62,522 nt of DNA, filler included, from Sphacelaria rigidula (GCA_964200075.2; 6 parts of 6 records of this genome joined end to end with filler, not necessarily neighbours in it), one strand, 5' to 3'. Shown: positions 23,330 through 36,773, numbered from the whole stretch's first letter. Notes: generated from the sequence alone by a model not told the origin. Translations and numbers: made by a program.

Positions 23330-26300
23330 CAGCATCCTGATCGACTCGGCCGTGCCTTTTGATCGACTATCTTCGTTACATACAATTGCCGCGCATTTGT
23401 TAACGTTCACTGTCACTCTCCATTCCCTAGTGTATTGTCGTGCCTTCTCTATTTGCTTCTGCAATCCTTCTGGTGTTTCTGATATCCCCACGAAATCATC
23501 CACGAACATCAATTCTGATACCAAACCTTCCCTCACCTTGACTCTTTGCTTTTCTGCTTCTATTGCTGTCATCAGGTCATTAGTGAATACTTTGAATAAA
23601 GAGAGTGATAACGAACATCCTTGTGCAACTCCTTGTAAAGTATCAAAATATTTCGACGTCTCCCCGTCTAGCATCATAGCGCTTTTGCCACACATATTAT
23701 GTAATCTTCTTAACCATTCTCCACATCTCTCCTCCGATCCCGGCTTCCCGGATCTTTTCCCACAGCCCATTTCTTCATAATATACCGTGCCATAGGCCTT
23801 TTGCACGTCAAAAAAGAAACAGTACGTTGTCAGCCCGTCGTCTTTCCTACCTTGAATAATCTTACCTAGTGTGTACACACGGTCTACGCAAATACGTTTT
23901 GCTCTGAAACCTGCTTGCCCTTCGTTGATCTTCTTCTCTTTCTAGCCTCGTTCTCACTCTATCGTTCAGAATCTAACAGAATATTTTACCTACGGTGCAT
24001 AGTAGCGTTATCCCTCTATAATTCCCTGGGTCGGCCTTGTCTCCTTTTTACGTTGACTGCTACTCCTTCTGTCCACCTCTTGGGTGTGTATTCGTTTTCT
24101 AAGATCCAGTCGTACAGTATACTCATCATGGTAAGCGTTCCCTCCCCCCCGTGCTTTGGAAAATTAATTAACTATTTCATCTGCCACTGCTGCTTTTCTG
24201 TTCTTGAGAATAGCTGCACACTTATTTACTTCATCTCTGATATAATATATCTGCAATTCTTTGGAGCCATTATCCTCTCGTTTTGAAGCCTCTACATTTG
24301 TTTCTGCCCACGCATTGATTTCTTTTTCGAATCTCTCTTCCCCTTCGAACTACTGACCATTTTACCGTTCTGTGTCCGTAGTGTGGCTATCCCGTTGACT
24401 ATATTTCCTACCTGGTTTCCCATGATCCTTTTTATCCCTCCCCAAATTTGTTTCATCCCGCCATCGAAATCTTCATTTGCTTTGTTCACTCCACCTTCCC
24501 ATACTCGGTTTCTCCTATATCATCTGTTTCACCACCTTCCGAGCAATAGTGTACTCCTCCCATCTTATCTCGCGTGGGCCTCTCTCCTTACTCTTATAGC
24601 CTCTTTACTTCCTCGTGCCACCATTTTACTACTCTGGTGCATACCAACAGTTTCTTCTCCACGACTTTACTCGCTGTGTTCTTGACTAGCTGCTTCCATT
24701 CCTCTGTGATCTTCGCTCCTGTACGATCCCTTCCCACTTCGGTACCAACTGTACCTACGCGTTCCAACAGCTCAGAAAATGTCACTGCATTTGTGGCCAT
24801 ATCTTCCTGAAACTCTTGGTGTTCTTTCAGTTATAGTTTGTCTATTCTCCACCTGTACGACTTCCTACCCCGCCTATTTATTTTAGCTATCGTCTGTTGG
24901 CTTTCTGCTCATGTTAGACAATGATATTTAGTTCCCACGTTGTCTGCACATACATGTACTTCCGTTTTCTTACTGTTTCCATGCTCCACCCCTGCATAGT
25001 CAAGAACGGAGCATTCTCTTTCGTCTTTGCATTTTCTAGTCCGTGTCCAATGCGCCTCTGGCGTTTGTGTTCTATCGTTCAACGTCTTCATCACATTATC
25101 CTCAATGAACTTTAGCTTTTCTACCCTATTCGCGTTCTTCTTCTCTTCCCCGTATTGCCCAACGATATGATCGGATTGATCACCTTTTCTAACTCATGCA
25201 TTCAAATCTCCCACTAGCATTACCTCTCCTTGCCGTCTATATCTATGTGCATATGTTGCTATCTCCAAACCTCCGCTATATATTGTTTACCCTGCTCTTC
25301 GAAGTCCCTCGTTTTCCGCTCTAGTGGTACCCCTTATCCTTATGCTCTCGTCGACTTTCGTGTCATCGATCATCTCTATAATGTCACACAGGTATTCCTT
25401 GACTAAGAATCCTGCTCCCTCCACTCCCCTGCTCTTGGGTTTCTGGTCTTTCCGCTTTTCCCCTTTCCATGCGTACTATCCGACTCTGCATCCTATTTCT
25501 TCCCCCTCTTTCTCCCACGACTCTTGGGTTCCCACTATATCTGGGTCGCGTTTACCTACGTGTTAGGCTCTTTCTTTTATTTTGCGCTCATCTGTGGTGA
25601 ATCCACACACGTCCCATGATCCCAATCTCAACTTCCTTTCTGAATCATTATCTATTGTCATTTTGTCTACTGTTCTCTCTTCGCCGTTTTTCTTCTATCT
25701 TCCCTTGATCAAATTTTGTTTCCGTTTCCGGTTTGGTCCCTATCTATTTGCTTCGGACCGCTATGTTCCCTCCCCTTCCCCTTGTGGGCACTTACTTGTT
25801 CCTGCTTCTCCTTTCCTCCTTTTACCCGTGGATTACGTCATCGGTTTGCTGTTACGTTAGCTATGAATATTCTCCATCCTACCCTTCGAACCCATGCCGA
25901 TACCTTACCTGTCTCTATCCTTTCCTACTCCTTGCTCGCGGTCTGTTTTTGCGTGAGTCGAAAGTGTTCTCCCTGCATTTCTACTTTTCCTATTGCCAAG
26001 CAGTAAAGTCCAACTCCATTGCATTTTTATTTTCACTCTATTCTCGCCATATCGCCACGGACTACGAATACAAGTATTACTAGTACCTTCCCCGTTCACT
26101 CTTTACTTCTCCATCCGCGCTTCCTTACCGTCTCTCTCTCGGTCTCTTTCGAAAGTATCTCCAGCTTGTTCGTTTCGAGTGTATTGATGGGATAAAGTTA
26201 ACGCACTGGGATATACCAGTACTTGTTGGGGGTCTGGCGCCTTTCAGTTCTTTTGCTGGCTCACCGATACTAAATGATGCCTCCAACACACGCTCGTAGC

Positions 26301-26690
26301 CTGGAGCCAAGTTCAACACCTTTGACACAAGCACCCCCCGTTTGTGCCAGGTGATCTTCATGGTAAACCATCCAGGCGTCCCACGATCCTATCTTCAATA
26401 TTCTTGCTCCGTTGCTGCACTGATTGCTTCCCTCCAGGGAGGTCATTTTCACCGTATAAGGTTCAAGGACGGCTTGCATAGCACAAGGTCTTACTCACAT
26501 CGGGATGCTCCGTGCATCACTTCTTCCCACCCCGTATCCGCTTCACCATGGGTCGCTACTCCACCAATGCTCCCGAGTAGACCTCCGCTGTCAAAAGCTT
26601 GGTCAACGAATGCCCCACACACTTTTTACCAGCTTTTATCCTTCGAGATCATAAGAAGTCTACGTACCGCTTGGTGCTCGTTCTCCTAGG
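23330..26690 (-). mobile_element. Decayed APE-type LINE (ORF1 remnant, endonuclease, RT), 3'-truncated
   Basis: Endonuclease motifs DIVGTQESWE, GAGFLVK, MLVGDLNA, SVLDY (~24920-25540); RT motifs CFFFDVQKAY, QGVAQGCSLS, MFVDDFVG (~23400-23880); many stops and frameshifts; 5' limit approximate. Confidence 0.9.
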
Positions 26691-27315
26691 TCGTGTGATC
26701 GGTTATCGGTAAGGTGTTTGTTTCAAGAGTGCAGTAGCTCTTGACGTTTATGCCATGCATAATCCACCCCTTCCTTTCATTAGACGCCTTTTGCACCTCA
26801 TGTCGAAAATTTCAGGGGAAAACCTGACCATATTTCCACCGTCCATCGCAAACCGGTCAGGTTTTAGGGATATGTTTCGGGCGGGACGGGCAATGGACTT
26901 GATCTAGAGTTTTCTTGTTAATGTATACAAAGTCTTCCGGGCGGGACGTATTCCGCGGCCGCCGCCGCACTCCACCGAGAACCTGAAAACACATCCGCTG
27001 CGCGCCGCCGCCACCCTTACATCTCACAACGAGACCGCAACCTCCATGTGAATGTAACATGTCGGGGGGGGTGACCCTACCCTATCTGTACTCGTGATAT
27101 CATTTTCGAGTTGCATGTAAGGTGGTCAGCCTCCACGCTATTACTTACATGTCTGGGTTTTGGTTTTATTTTTGTCTTTCCTTTGCTATGATATGGGGAG
27201 AAGAATCTTGGTTGTTTTCCGTTTTCATATGGGGATATAAAATATTTTCACACGTCGGACGTCATTACTCGTCGAAACGAGTGCACTCGTGGATGGTTTT
27301 TGAAAAAAAAATGAG

Positions 27316-28720
27316 TATGACTCGTGTGCTCGAGTCATTACTTTGTCTTACAACGAGCTCGTGCGCCCGAGTTATTACCTTTTTTACAACGAGCAATGAC
27401 TCGAGTGATCGCCCCATTAATTTTTTTCCATAACGAACAATGACTCGAGTGCGCGCCCTGTAACTTTTTTCCACAACGAGCAATGACTCGAGTGCTCGCC
27501 CTGTTAACCCTTTTCGGACCGACCCCCCACTAAGACGGGGTTGACTATGTATTGGTGAAAAAATAATAAATAAGCCAGGGAGCGACCTGCCCAATCACGG
27601 CGAGGCGAACTTTATCGACCAGACCCGAACGACCAGCGCGGGGTGTTGCCGAGTGTGATGTCACTGCAAAGATAGTGTGGGAGCCTTATCCCTGGCCCAG
27701 ATAAGCCTTCCCAGGTTTCCAAAGCCAGGATGCTCGGAGCATGGCTTATCGTATTACTTGCATTCAGTATAGCGTTCCTGGGATTTCTTGGGAGCTTTTT
27801 GGGGTCGCCAGCCTATGCTATAACGTAGTGATTACACACCAACACGGGGTGGAGTGGGAAAAACCGGGAAAGAGTGTACATGCCACAATGTGGTCATTTT
27901 CACGAGGCACTAAACCCAGGTGGACCGCGGAAAGACAAGGGAGCTACCGTCATCAATTCTGCTTATTCCTCTGCCGATGACTTACAGAGCACTGTGAACA
28001 TGTATGTAGTGGGCGGGGATGAAGAAACTGTGTATAGACAACTGATCTCCGTCGCTGAGAGCTGCCCAGAGCGTGCAAGGGAGTGTGCAGCGGCAGCTGC
28101 TGCTGCACTCGGAGAGGCGTACTGCACTGTACCGTATCTTATGTATGTGCGCCGCAACCCCCATACCCTTCGAAAATAATTTATCGCGTGCAACGAAGAG
28201 GGAAATCGCGCACCTCGACTACAAAGGGCTGGGTGGCAAGGTGATGGGGACAATAATATCATCCAAGGCACAAGTGGCGGACGGCCCGCCGGTCGCCGCA
28301 TCCTGTTGAAAGCTCTCTGCGGCGACCCATGCTGCTTGCTACATCAGATGTACATTACCTAATGCACATCCTGGACCTGGAAATAGGTTGGATGCAAATT
28401 TCGGTCTTTCTCATATCCCTGCGGTTGCATACGCGCATTTTTAGCAGCATGCCACTGTTTCGTGTAGACGTCAGATACGCCATTCCTAACCAGCCTCATT
28501 GGTCGTCCTGGGGGTCCGGTCCCAAAGGGGTCAATTTTTTCCACAATGAGCAATGACTCGAGTGCTCGCCCTATTTTTTTTGTCACAACGAGCAATGACT
28601 CGAGTGCTCGCCCCATTATTTTTTTCCACAACGAACCATGACTCGAGTGCTCGCCCTATTATTTTTCTCCACAACGAGCAACGACTCGAGTGCCCGCCTT
28701 AATAATTTTTACGGCCCACG
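27316..28720 (+). repeat. Tandem array of ~43-bp units (ACAACGAGCAATGACTCGAGTGCTCGCCC + T-rich linker), split by an insertion
   Basis: About three full units plus degenerate ones before 27507 and four after 28534; outer imperfect inverted ends at ~27277-27292 and ~28743-28759. Confidence 0.85.
27508..28530 (+). mobile_element. Non-autonomous piggyBac-like element (~1.02 kb), copy 1
   Basis: TTAA|CCCTTTTCGGACCGACCCCC ... GGGGTCCGGTCCCAAAGGGG|TCAA; full-length similarity to 58030-59089. Confidence 0.85.
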
Positions 28721-31216
28721 AGCAGCCCAATGAGTGCGAGTGCCACGATTCACACTCGTGCTAGCTACGGAGGTCATGAATTCGAATCCTGACAGATAAT
28801 TTTTTGTTTTGCAGAATCCGGTTCTGTCGTTGAGGTCATATACTATGCAGATCATAGTTCTTCTTATCTTTGATCCAGCGGCAGAGTGTGCATCAGCACA
28901 TGGGTCTGCACTTTACAGCGAAATACTTACAAAAGGGTCAGTTCGGGACACTGAAAAAGTCATGTGCTAGAGAAGTGTCGGGTTTTAGGTTGGCTCAGGT
29001 TGTGTACGTTTACAGTTTCAGGGGAACTGGGCATCGTCGTGATGGTGTGCTAACAAACGTTTGGGGTTGGTGAGTCGAATTTCAGCCACGGCGTGTTCCA
29101 AACGAGGCGACAAGGAGGCCGCTCGAAGAAACGCTTGATTTGTTGAAAGAGGAGCCCATGGCAGTAGTAGAAGTCACCCACTGGTACTTGAAGGCATCAT
29201 GACGAAACTGTGGTCGTGGGAGAGGTATAGTGTGTGTTTCGCGAGAGATGAACACGTGATGAATACATCAACAAACCTCCAGTTTAGTCATCTACCACAC
29301 ATCGTTGTCTCGGTTTATCCACCCCATGCTATCCGCAGCATATTCGTGGTGGTCTTGTTCTTCGTTCGTCCCATAAGTCGTGGGGTGCGTTCCGTCACCA
29401 GAGAGAGGTCCATCGCACTTTTTCTCTCAGCAAGATCCTACATTATTTCTGGGCTGGATCCCACAACTTTCTCCTCAATCTACGAAGTCCACCGGACGTA
29501 CGCGCCGCACAAATAACAACAAAGCATTGGCCAGAATGGGTAATATTTTGAGTGCGCAGTTATTGTCCCGTATTGATGCCACTTGTCACGGGATTGAGGG
29601 TCCAAGCCGATCAACAGCAGAACATCATATGTAGGCCGTTCGGTAGCATTTATTCAGAAAGAAGACGGCCAGACGGATAGTAGCACCTCCAAAGAACTTG
29701 CTCTACTATCTGGGAAGATTCCGGAACACGTTTGGCGAATTTTGGTACGCGCAGTGTATCCCTGGCTGTGTCGGAAAAAAGGAAACACGGCAAAAATCGC
29801 ACGGACGTACCTGATCCACGAACATAGCCTCTGTGTGAAGGTCGATCTGAAGTTAAACTACGCGCACCGAAAATCGTCAAAAGTGATGAAGGGTGTCGGA
29901 ATCCTCTCAGGTAGTAGTAGGGTGAAGGTAGTACAGTGAGTCATTACGAGGTGGCATGGTTTAATTCGCGTGCCCTTTTTTCTCACGCAAGAAGCGCTGC
30001 CACGGATCGGAATATTACATGCTTATTATGCACCGTTACACCGTCGTACTACATTGGGACATGATCTCAAGATCAAACGTTTGTCGATAGTAGAGGCCTT
30101 CGCCTGGAAAATAATAATGATTGAGACCATCGATATTTTCATCTCAGTCCCTAAATGAGGCAAAAAAGCACTGGTCTGTCAGAACTTGACCTAGTCCTGA
30201 CTGTTCTTTTGTACATTCTCGGGCACAATATCTATATTCTGGTAAATCCCACCCCTACCCCTCACCACCCACACCAAAGCATCACACCTACGGCAAGCTG
30301 TACCTTCGGCCTGCGTACGGCGCTTGTGTAAGAGGAGGGGTGGCTTCTCACCGCGAATAATGGACGAACTAGGGAGTTTATGAGTCTGGGGGTCGACTTT
30401 CTGGCGAAACGGGCCTTCAGTCTTTCTAGGCACCCATCGACCATTATTGCACGTACGGGTTGCTCACGATCTGGAGCTGGTTCATGACCGGTGTGGCCCA
30501 CAGTGCTAGGTCGCAGCGTGTACGTGCCCGGGTTCAAACTTAACTTGCAAGATACCGATTCTACATAAAACCACTGTCCGATAGAAGGAGCCATGCTTGA
30601 ATTTCCCTTTTTTTCCTCCACATGATAGTGGATCCTCAAAGCTGGATTGCTGATTGACCAGAAATATTCACTCATTTTCCCTCCATATAAACATGGGTCT
30701 ACGGCCGCTCGCTCCTCATGGCAACAAACAAACAAGAAGTCCCGGAACATGCATTTTTTGTCCTTCGAAGTTTTACGCCCTGAAAGAGAGCGAGGCAGAG
30801 TTTGATACCCTGGGATGACATACTCTGCTCGTTGAGGTGGTTCCAGGATATCTTGAGTTTCCCGGTGGCCGCAGTTTTATTTTTCCCAAACTTGAATTTC
30901 TGTCCATGAACGGTCAAGATCGGCGAAATTCATGAAAAGCTGCCATTTTTCTCTGGACTTGACCGTCTCTAGACAAAAAACACTTGTCTAGCCAGAAACG
31001 AATTGCAAAAAATGCGAAGATGTCTTGGAACCGTCTCAATGAGTACAGCGAGTCATTCGAAGATGTCAGTATCCACCAAACCCTCTTCGAGCGCGTAAGA
31101 AGCAGAAAGACAAAAAGGATGAGTTATTCACGTTCAGACTTGACACTATATTCGTGAGATTCAGAACGTAGTTTCAGATTCACAGTCAGATCCGAAACAA
31201 TGACTTTCCCGTTGAT

Positions 31217-31316
31217 NNNNNNNNNNNNNNNNNNNNNNNNNNNNNNNNNNNNNNNNNNNNTTAATTAATTAANNNNNNNNNNNNNNNNNNNNNNNNNNNN
31301 NNNNNNNNNNNNNNNN
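31217..31316. other. Artificial scaffold-joining spacer 3
   Basis: N44-TTAATTAATTAA-N44. Confidence 0.98.
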
Positions 31317-31425
31317 AAGGTCTGTGTAATGCTGCAGACAATGCACAACAAGGCAACACAACACCTACACACCCAGCCCCGAAAAAACACGCACAGACAC
31401 CCACCTCTCACGCGCATTAGTTTCA

Positions 31426-31718
31426 CTGCTAGCCCTTGCTGATCTACACACGGCAGTCTTTGTTTGACAGAAATCCGTTCTGTACTGATTGGACGAATGG
31501 CGGCTGCAGGCGTTTCAAGAACAACCGAAAACGTGTCGTTGCGGACCATTTTGTAGGTGTGTGCTGCGCGCGCATCTCACACAAATCATCATTTCTCAAT
31601 GAATTCCGAACAGATGTGAGCAAGGTCACGCACAACGTGCACAGCTGATGAGCAGCTACGGCTCGATTTGCTGTCAAACAAAGACTGTTGTTGTGTGTAG
31701 ATTAGCAAGGACTAGCAG
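31426..31718. mobile_element. MITE with ~50-bp TIRs
   Basis: CTGCTAGCCCTTGCTGATCTACACA...CAGTCTTTGTTTGACAG is mirrored by CTGTCAAACAAAGACTG...TGTGTAGATTAGCAAGGACTAGCAG. Confidence 0.75.
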
Positions 31719-32012
31719 AGGGATGCTACGGTAGGGATACACAAATATTTTCTGAGGTTAGAATTGTTGGGAGCCCTTTATCTCATCCAGAACACGACTT
31801 ATGTAAATATGCGAGAGCACCCCAGGATTACTATTCCAATGTTGTAGAACTTGGGACTGGTGGTTAGGGCCTGTATTTTCGGTCGAAAAAATGAAGCGGT
31901 GGAATCGATCTGAGCGAAAAAGTCTCGTTTTGATGCAGTTGGGTTCAGACTGACTGATACTATATGTTACGGAGAAACGAACACAACGATACAGCACATC
32001 AAGCAATCTCAG

Positions 32013-32220
32013 CGGAGATCAAATCGTCTTCGCAAGGACTAAACACACCCCAGAACAGCGATAGCTACAGCACATGAGAGTGGAAGTGAGTGTGTTTGTG
32101 CTGCAGTACAGTGAGACAAGACATGTCCCATGTTTCAGTTCTTCGGCTGATTTTAAACGGGCCCTCACTGTTCGCAGGGTGCCGATCTTGAACACTCGGA
32201 CATGATCGCCCTTCGCGCAT
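32013..32220 (+). repeat. Dispersed repeat, copy 2 (unclassified)
   Basis: Similar to 21505-21712. Confidence 0.65.
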
Positions 32221-33667
32221 TTGATTGTGAATAAAATTATCCCTTTGTACGGATTCTGTGCCTGATATTCGTGACACGGCACATGGTCACTCGTATACAA
32301 TACATACAGTCTGTACTGTCTGCACCGCTTGCAAGCGGGGTGTCTTGATTGCGTGTGTGCGTGTTTTGTTCAGGAGGATACGAAGGAGGAGCGGGCAACA
32401 TGCAGTGCAGACAGCCCAGGACTATCAGTTCTCCCTGCTTACAATGCGACGTGAAGAGGGCTTCAGCAACGTGGAGCTTTGTGCAGACTGCACTATCCAT
32501 GAGCGTGCACGCAACTCGGTTGCCCACCGTACTTCGTAGTTCTGTCGCTGATGCCCATCATGAGAGAAGACGTGCAAGTTTTCACCAACAAAAAATAACA
32601 AAGCATACCCAGCTACTGCAGTGCATCTATCCACAAGTGATAGCATGCTGTTCATCTCCCCTGTCCGAGTACAGGCTGTACTCTGCAAGCATAGAGAGTA
32701 CAGTAGTAACGGTGTGATACTGTATACAGTCCATCTTCAGGTTCTAAAACCAGAAAACACTGCAGAACTGCCGTGTTGTCTTGTGTTCAGGGTAGTACTC
32801 TGTTCTCCACATACTATTGGAGAATTGTCTTGTTTTCAGTGTAGTACTGTAATCCATATAAGGGGTCATGGTTTGAGCAGTTTTTTTAAAGTTATCGGGT
32901 TTTTTTTTCGAAGCTTTCGTTTTTTTTTTTCAAGTATTCCGAAAAAGCGAGAGAGTGTTTTCAGTCACAGAAATCTGATGCCGAATCTAGAATAGCCTGG
33001 GATAACAACCAATTTGAAAATTGGAATGACATCTCGGAACCAAACGGAAGGGTACGGGTACGGATGATCTGGATGATGGCATGGTAGGGGATGGAGGGGA
33101 AAGGGGGAGTTGTAATATGCCGAGGGTGACGCGTTTCATATTACGCGAGGCGGACCTGAACGGATGGGACACGCACGTACGTGCATGCCCACGAATCTGG
33201 TGGTCAGGAAGAACGGAACGCTCATGTAAGTGTGTGCCAATGAATTTGGTGGTTAGAGTCTTTCTTCATTTTTTGTTGCTCACGAGCCTTCACTAGATTT
33301 TGGGCTCCTTGGTCGGAGTCAGGTCAAATAGAGGGACTCGGAAAATAATGTTTCGCCTCAGGCGAAGTGAAAGAAGTTCAGAGTGTAATTGTTTAAGGTT
33401 CAGAGTGTGTGTTGTCATTCCATCTATCCCGCCAGTCTACACCACTGAACTATGAAAACCTAAACCTCTGTAGTTCTTTCACTCTGGTTCTAAGGTGAAA
33501 ACTATTTCGCGAGATTGTTTAAAAACACACTGCGTATTTATTCGAAAGGGTTTTCGAATATTTTTCCCGTGATCGACAGTGCATACATTCCCAGCGGGGG
33601 CAACCCGGTCACAAGGCAGGCTCATGCCAATCGATATTTCACCTGTGCCGCACTGTCTAGAACTCTG

Positions 33668-33712
33668 CCCTACCCTGCCCTGCCCTGCCCTGCCCTGCCC
33701 TGCCCTGCCCTG
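33668..33712. repeat. (CCCTG)n pentanucleotide microsatellite
   Basis: Directly visible. Confidence 0.95.
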
Positions 33713-34309
33713 CGCTATCACACGCTATCATATACTGTACACGACGGCACGTTCCTACGACCTATGCGCCCTTCTACCTTATTCAGCCTTCATGCATCTC
33801 CGAACGAAACATGCATCACCACCTCACCTGCACTCATGTCTCCACAGCCTGGTGGTGCTGCAGTCAGACCCATCCACACATTTTCGTCTCAAGAACTACT
33901 GCATGCTGTCTCCATACAGCTACAATCCTTTCGCACGACCTGACTTAGAGCTTCTACGACGACCGTAACGACTACCGGTGCTCCTGTACCCACCAACGTG
34001 ATATGGCCGGTGAAGTGCAGAAGCTTATTTTGTCTCTTCGTACTAGTTTGGAAGAGTTCCTGACTTGTGACATAATGTACACTCTATGGGAGACGAGAGT
34101 TGTACATTCATGCAGTTCCAATCGCTTGGCTTCCACATTTTTGCATTGGTGTACAAAAATTCATAGTCTTTGTACCATGACCCCCCCCCCCCCCCCCCCA
34201 CCCCCCCACCCCAACCCCCCCCAACAAAGCTCAAACCAACTAGACNNNNNNNNNNTGTTCTCCTCCTTTCTTTCACTGGCGCACGAACAAAAATTCTTTT
34301 TTTCCCCGA

Positions 34310-34775
34310 CCCCCCCCCCCCCCCCCCCCCCAAACCAGTCCAAACCTATCACGAAGAAAATGGTCATACTGTAATGCGTGAGAAAACCGCGCGCTCAGGA
34401 GATCGCATCGGAGCTCAAACCATCTCAGGGTCGACGTTTTTCGAAACCAACGGGGCCAGTCCCTGCAGGGACAACACCCCGGACCCTAACCCCAACCCTG
34501 ACCCTAACCGTGGGGGTGTTTAAACTCCGATGCGGTTCCCTCAGCACGCGGTTCTGAGTCAAGCATTACAAAACAACGGCTGACGTTCGGTTTCAGGCTA
34601 CATGAAGTGCGTCATATGGACGACATTGGCGAATCGAATCCGAACGCGGGAATTCCCAGCAGCTCGTTGTGCTCGGCTTTTTTCATTACGATTCATGTGT
34701 AGATTTTGCCTAGCCAAACCAGCCCCTTTAATGGGCGGGGGGCGGGGGGGGGGGGGGGTGGGGGGGGAGGGGGGG
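34310..34775 (+). mobile_element. MITE family A copy carrying a nested MITE B
   Basis: Core CGACATTGGC...GGGAATTCCCAGC...GTGCTCGGC...AGATTTTGCC matches 961-1209; ends lost in C/G runs and N gaps. Confidence 0.75.
34369..34571 (+). mobile_element. MITE family B (~200 bp, internal CCCTAA-like repeats), copy 1
   Basis: TA|CTGTAATGCG ... GCATTACA; interrupts MITE A at TGGTCATA; inverted copy at 35814-36014. Confidence 0.8.
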
Positions 34776-35188
34776 TAAATTGAACCCAAAAAATGGCGTG
34801 CATCAACGGCCCCGAGGTTTTGGTAGAAANNNNNNNNNNTTTGTTTTCTTGTGTTTTGTTGTTTGGGTTTTGTGTTTGTTTGTTGCGGGTTTGGGTTGGT
34901 GTGGTGTCGCTATGGAGGAAAGGGGTATAATTTGAACCCAGACAATGGCTGCTATCATCAGCGCCAAGTGTTGTGTAGAATATGCTGCCTGTATTGACGC
35001 TCTCGAGTGACTGCTTCGCGCAAGAAGTGGCTCGAAGAAACACACCCGCGACATTGACTCTGAACTAATTAATAACGATATATTACAACCAACAAGAATA
35101 GGACATGTCTTCAGAACCGCATCCGATGGAGTAACTTCCAGCGCCACATTTCGCGGAGCCGCAGAACCATCAGGAGCCTTGACAGCAT

Positions 35189-35503
35189 CTAACGCCGCAT
35201 ATTGACATTGCTGATGGCACCTGTTATCACAAGCGAGTAATCCTGACTGTCGGTCAACAGAGCTTTTGAAGAAACCTTCAAGTTCCACGCTCCGCTTTCC
35301 AGTTGATCAGTGCGTACAATCACCCGCTCGTTGACATTCACCGAGTCTACGGTACCCGAACCCCACATGGTATACACGTCTCCCGAAGGGGACGTCATTG
35401 TAAGGTCGAGATCATGTTGAATCTTCCTCACAGTCATCGCCGGGGTGGGTGGATCCAGCCAGCAGAGGGTAGCGCGCAGCTCGAGATTGGCGTCGGCGTT
35501 CAC
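35189..35503 (-). CDS. Subtilisin-like S8 peptidase (KP-43 type), terminal exon (C-terminal beta domain)
   Basis: TTTCAG acceptor; LRATLCWLDPP, HDLDL, NVNERV, QDYSLVITG motifs; TAG stop. Confidence 0.88.
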   Translation of the reverse strand: MNADANLELRATLCWLDPPTPAMTVRKIQHDLDLTMTSPSGDVYTMWGSGTVDSVNVNERVIVRTDQLESGAWNLKVSSKALLTDSQDYSLVITGAISNVNMRR

Positions 35504-35813
35504 CTGAAATACATGAGTAAGGTACAGAAGTATGAGCGGAAGTGACAAGCGATTATCATCATTTTCCCTGCTCCGTTTACGCGTACGGGTCGGCGACCGC
35601 AGCATCGACATTGACACCACAGTTTGCAGTGGATGGCACGATGCAAACCGATCAGAGTCGTGTCACAACAACAGAGGAAGTTGAGGGGCGTAAAGTAGAC
35701 ACCACTGACGGGAGATGGGTAGGTTTTTCAGTCCCGTGTCTTCATCGACAACCAACGGAAATACAAGGTCCGGTTCTTCGCCTCTACCATCGGCAAGCAT
35801 AGTTGAACGGTGG

Positions 35814-36014
35814 CTATAATGCGTGTGAGGATCGCGTGCTGAGGGGGCCGGATCGGCATCTGAACATCCCTATGATTAGGGCGAGAGTTAGGGTTACGGT
35901 CAGGGGCATGGTCCCTGCAGGGACTGGCCCGATTGGATTTGAAAAACGTTGATCCTGAGATGTTTTGAACTACGACGCGCTCCCCTAAGCGCGCGGTCTT
36001 CCCGCGCATTACAG
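35814..36014 (-). mobile_element. MITE family B, copy 2 (in subtilase intron)
   Basis: Reverse-complement match to 34369-34571; ends CTATAATGCG / CGCATTACAG. Confidence 0.8.
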
Positions 36015-36773
36015 CAGTGCTAGTAACCTTCGATCGCGTGTCGGCAGGGTTATCGGAAGAAACCAAAATCGGCTTGGACAGATTCCGCCATTTGTTTTGC
36101 GAGGGCTGTCTGTCGCTAGCTTGTGTGCCGTCTTGGGTAGAATTGAGTCAGGCATCGATGCAGACGGAGATTCAGAAACATGCTACAGCTGGGTATCACC
36201 GTGACTGCCATTTGTTTGCTCTGGCCAATTCTTTGACTCCACGCATCCTATATTTGGGGTGGTGGTGAAGAACGTGACATCCCCCCCCGCGCAATGCTGC
36301 AAGACCTTTCGGAGGATTGTAAGTCTAACGTGGTCAGGTAGTTTTCTCCAAAGTTTCCCCATTAATACGTAGTTTCATTGTATTCGGTGTAGTGTCTTGT
36401 GTTTTGAGGACGGAACCTGCAGAAGAAACTGTCGAAGGGCCTTCATAGATATAACTATGATAAGAACAAAGAATGAATATATTATATGACGATCAATCGA
36501 TGCACCTGCGTGCCTCGCGCACTCCTTTCGTTCTCCATCTACTTCCCCATTTACTGCTGGCCGGCAAGCCTTGTATGTAATGCCGAGCTGCCAGGGCAGA
36601 CACGTATTCGGTCACACAATGCAGAGATCCGGAGAAACATGCGCTGATCCTTTGAGACCACAAACACCTCCCGAGAAGGGGCGGGAGTTATACGTACGAT
36701 GGAGAAAACAAATAAATAATCGAATGACTGCCGAATCAATCAGCAGGTCTTTTGCTTGAAAACATCACTTCAC

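Noticed and set aside
26125..26690. Confident SGNH esterase call for LINE ORF1
   Set aside because: Position fits ORF1, but the sequence is too decayed to show GDS/DxxH motifs.
27316..28720. CRISPR array
   Set aside because: The 'spacers' are only 12-15 nt, T-rich and mutually similar; no cas genes; eukaryotic TE context.
34170..34335. Tandem duplication / proline-rich ORFs around poly-C
   Set aside because: Noisy duplicated sequence either side of a 10-N gap next to homopolymers, typical of short-read artefacts.
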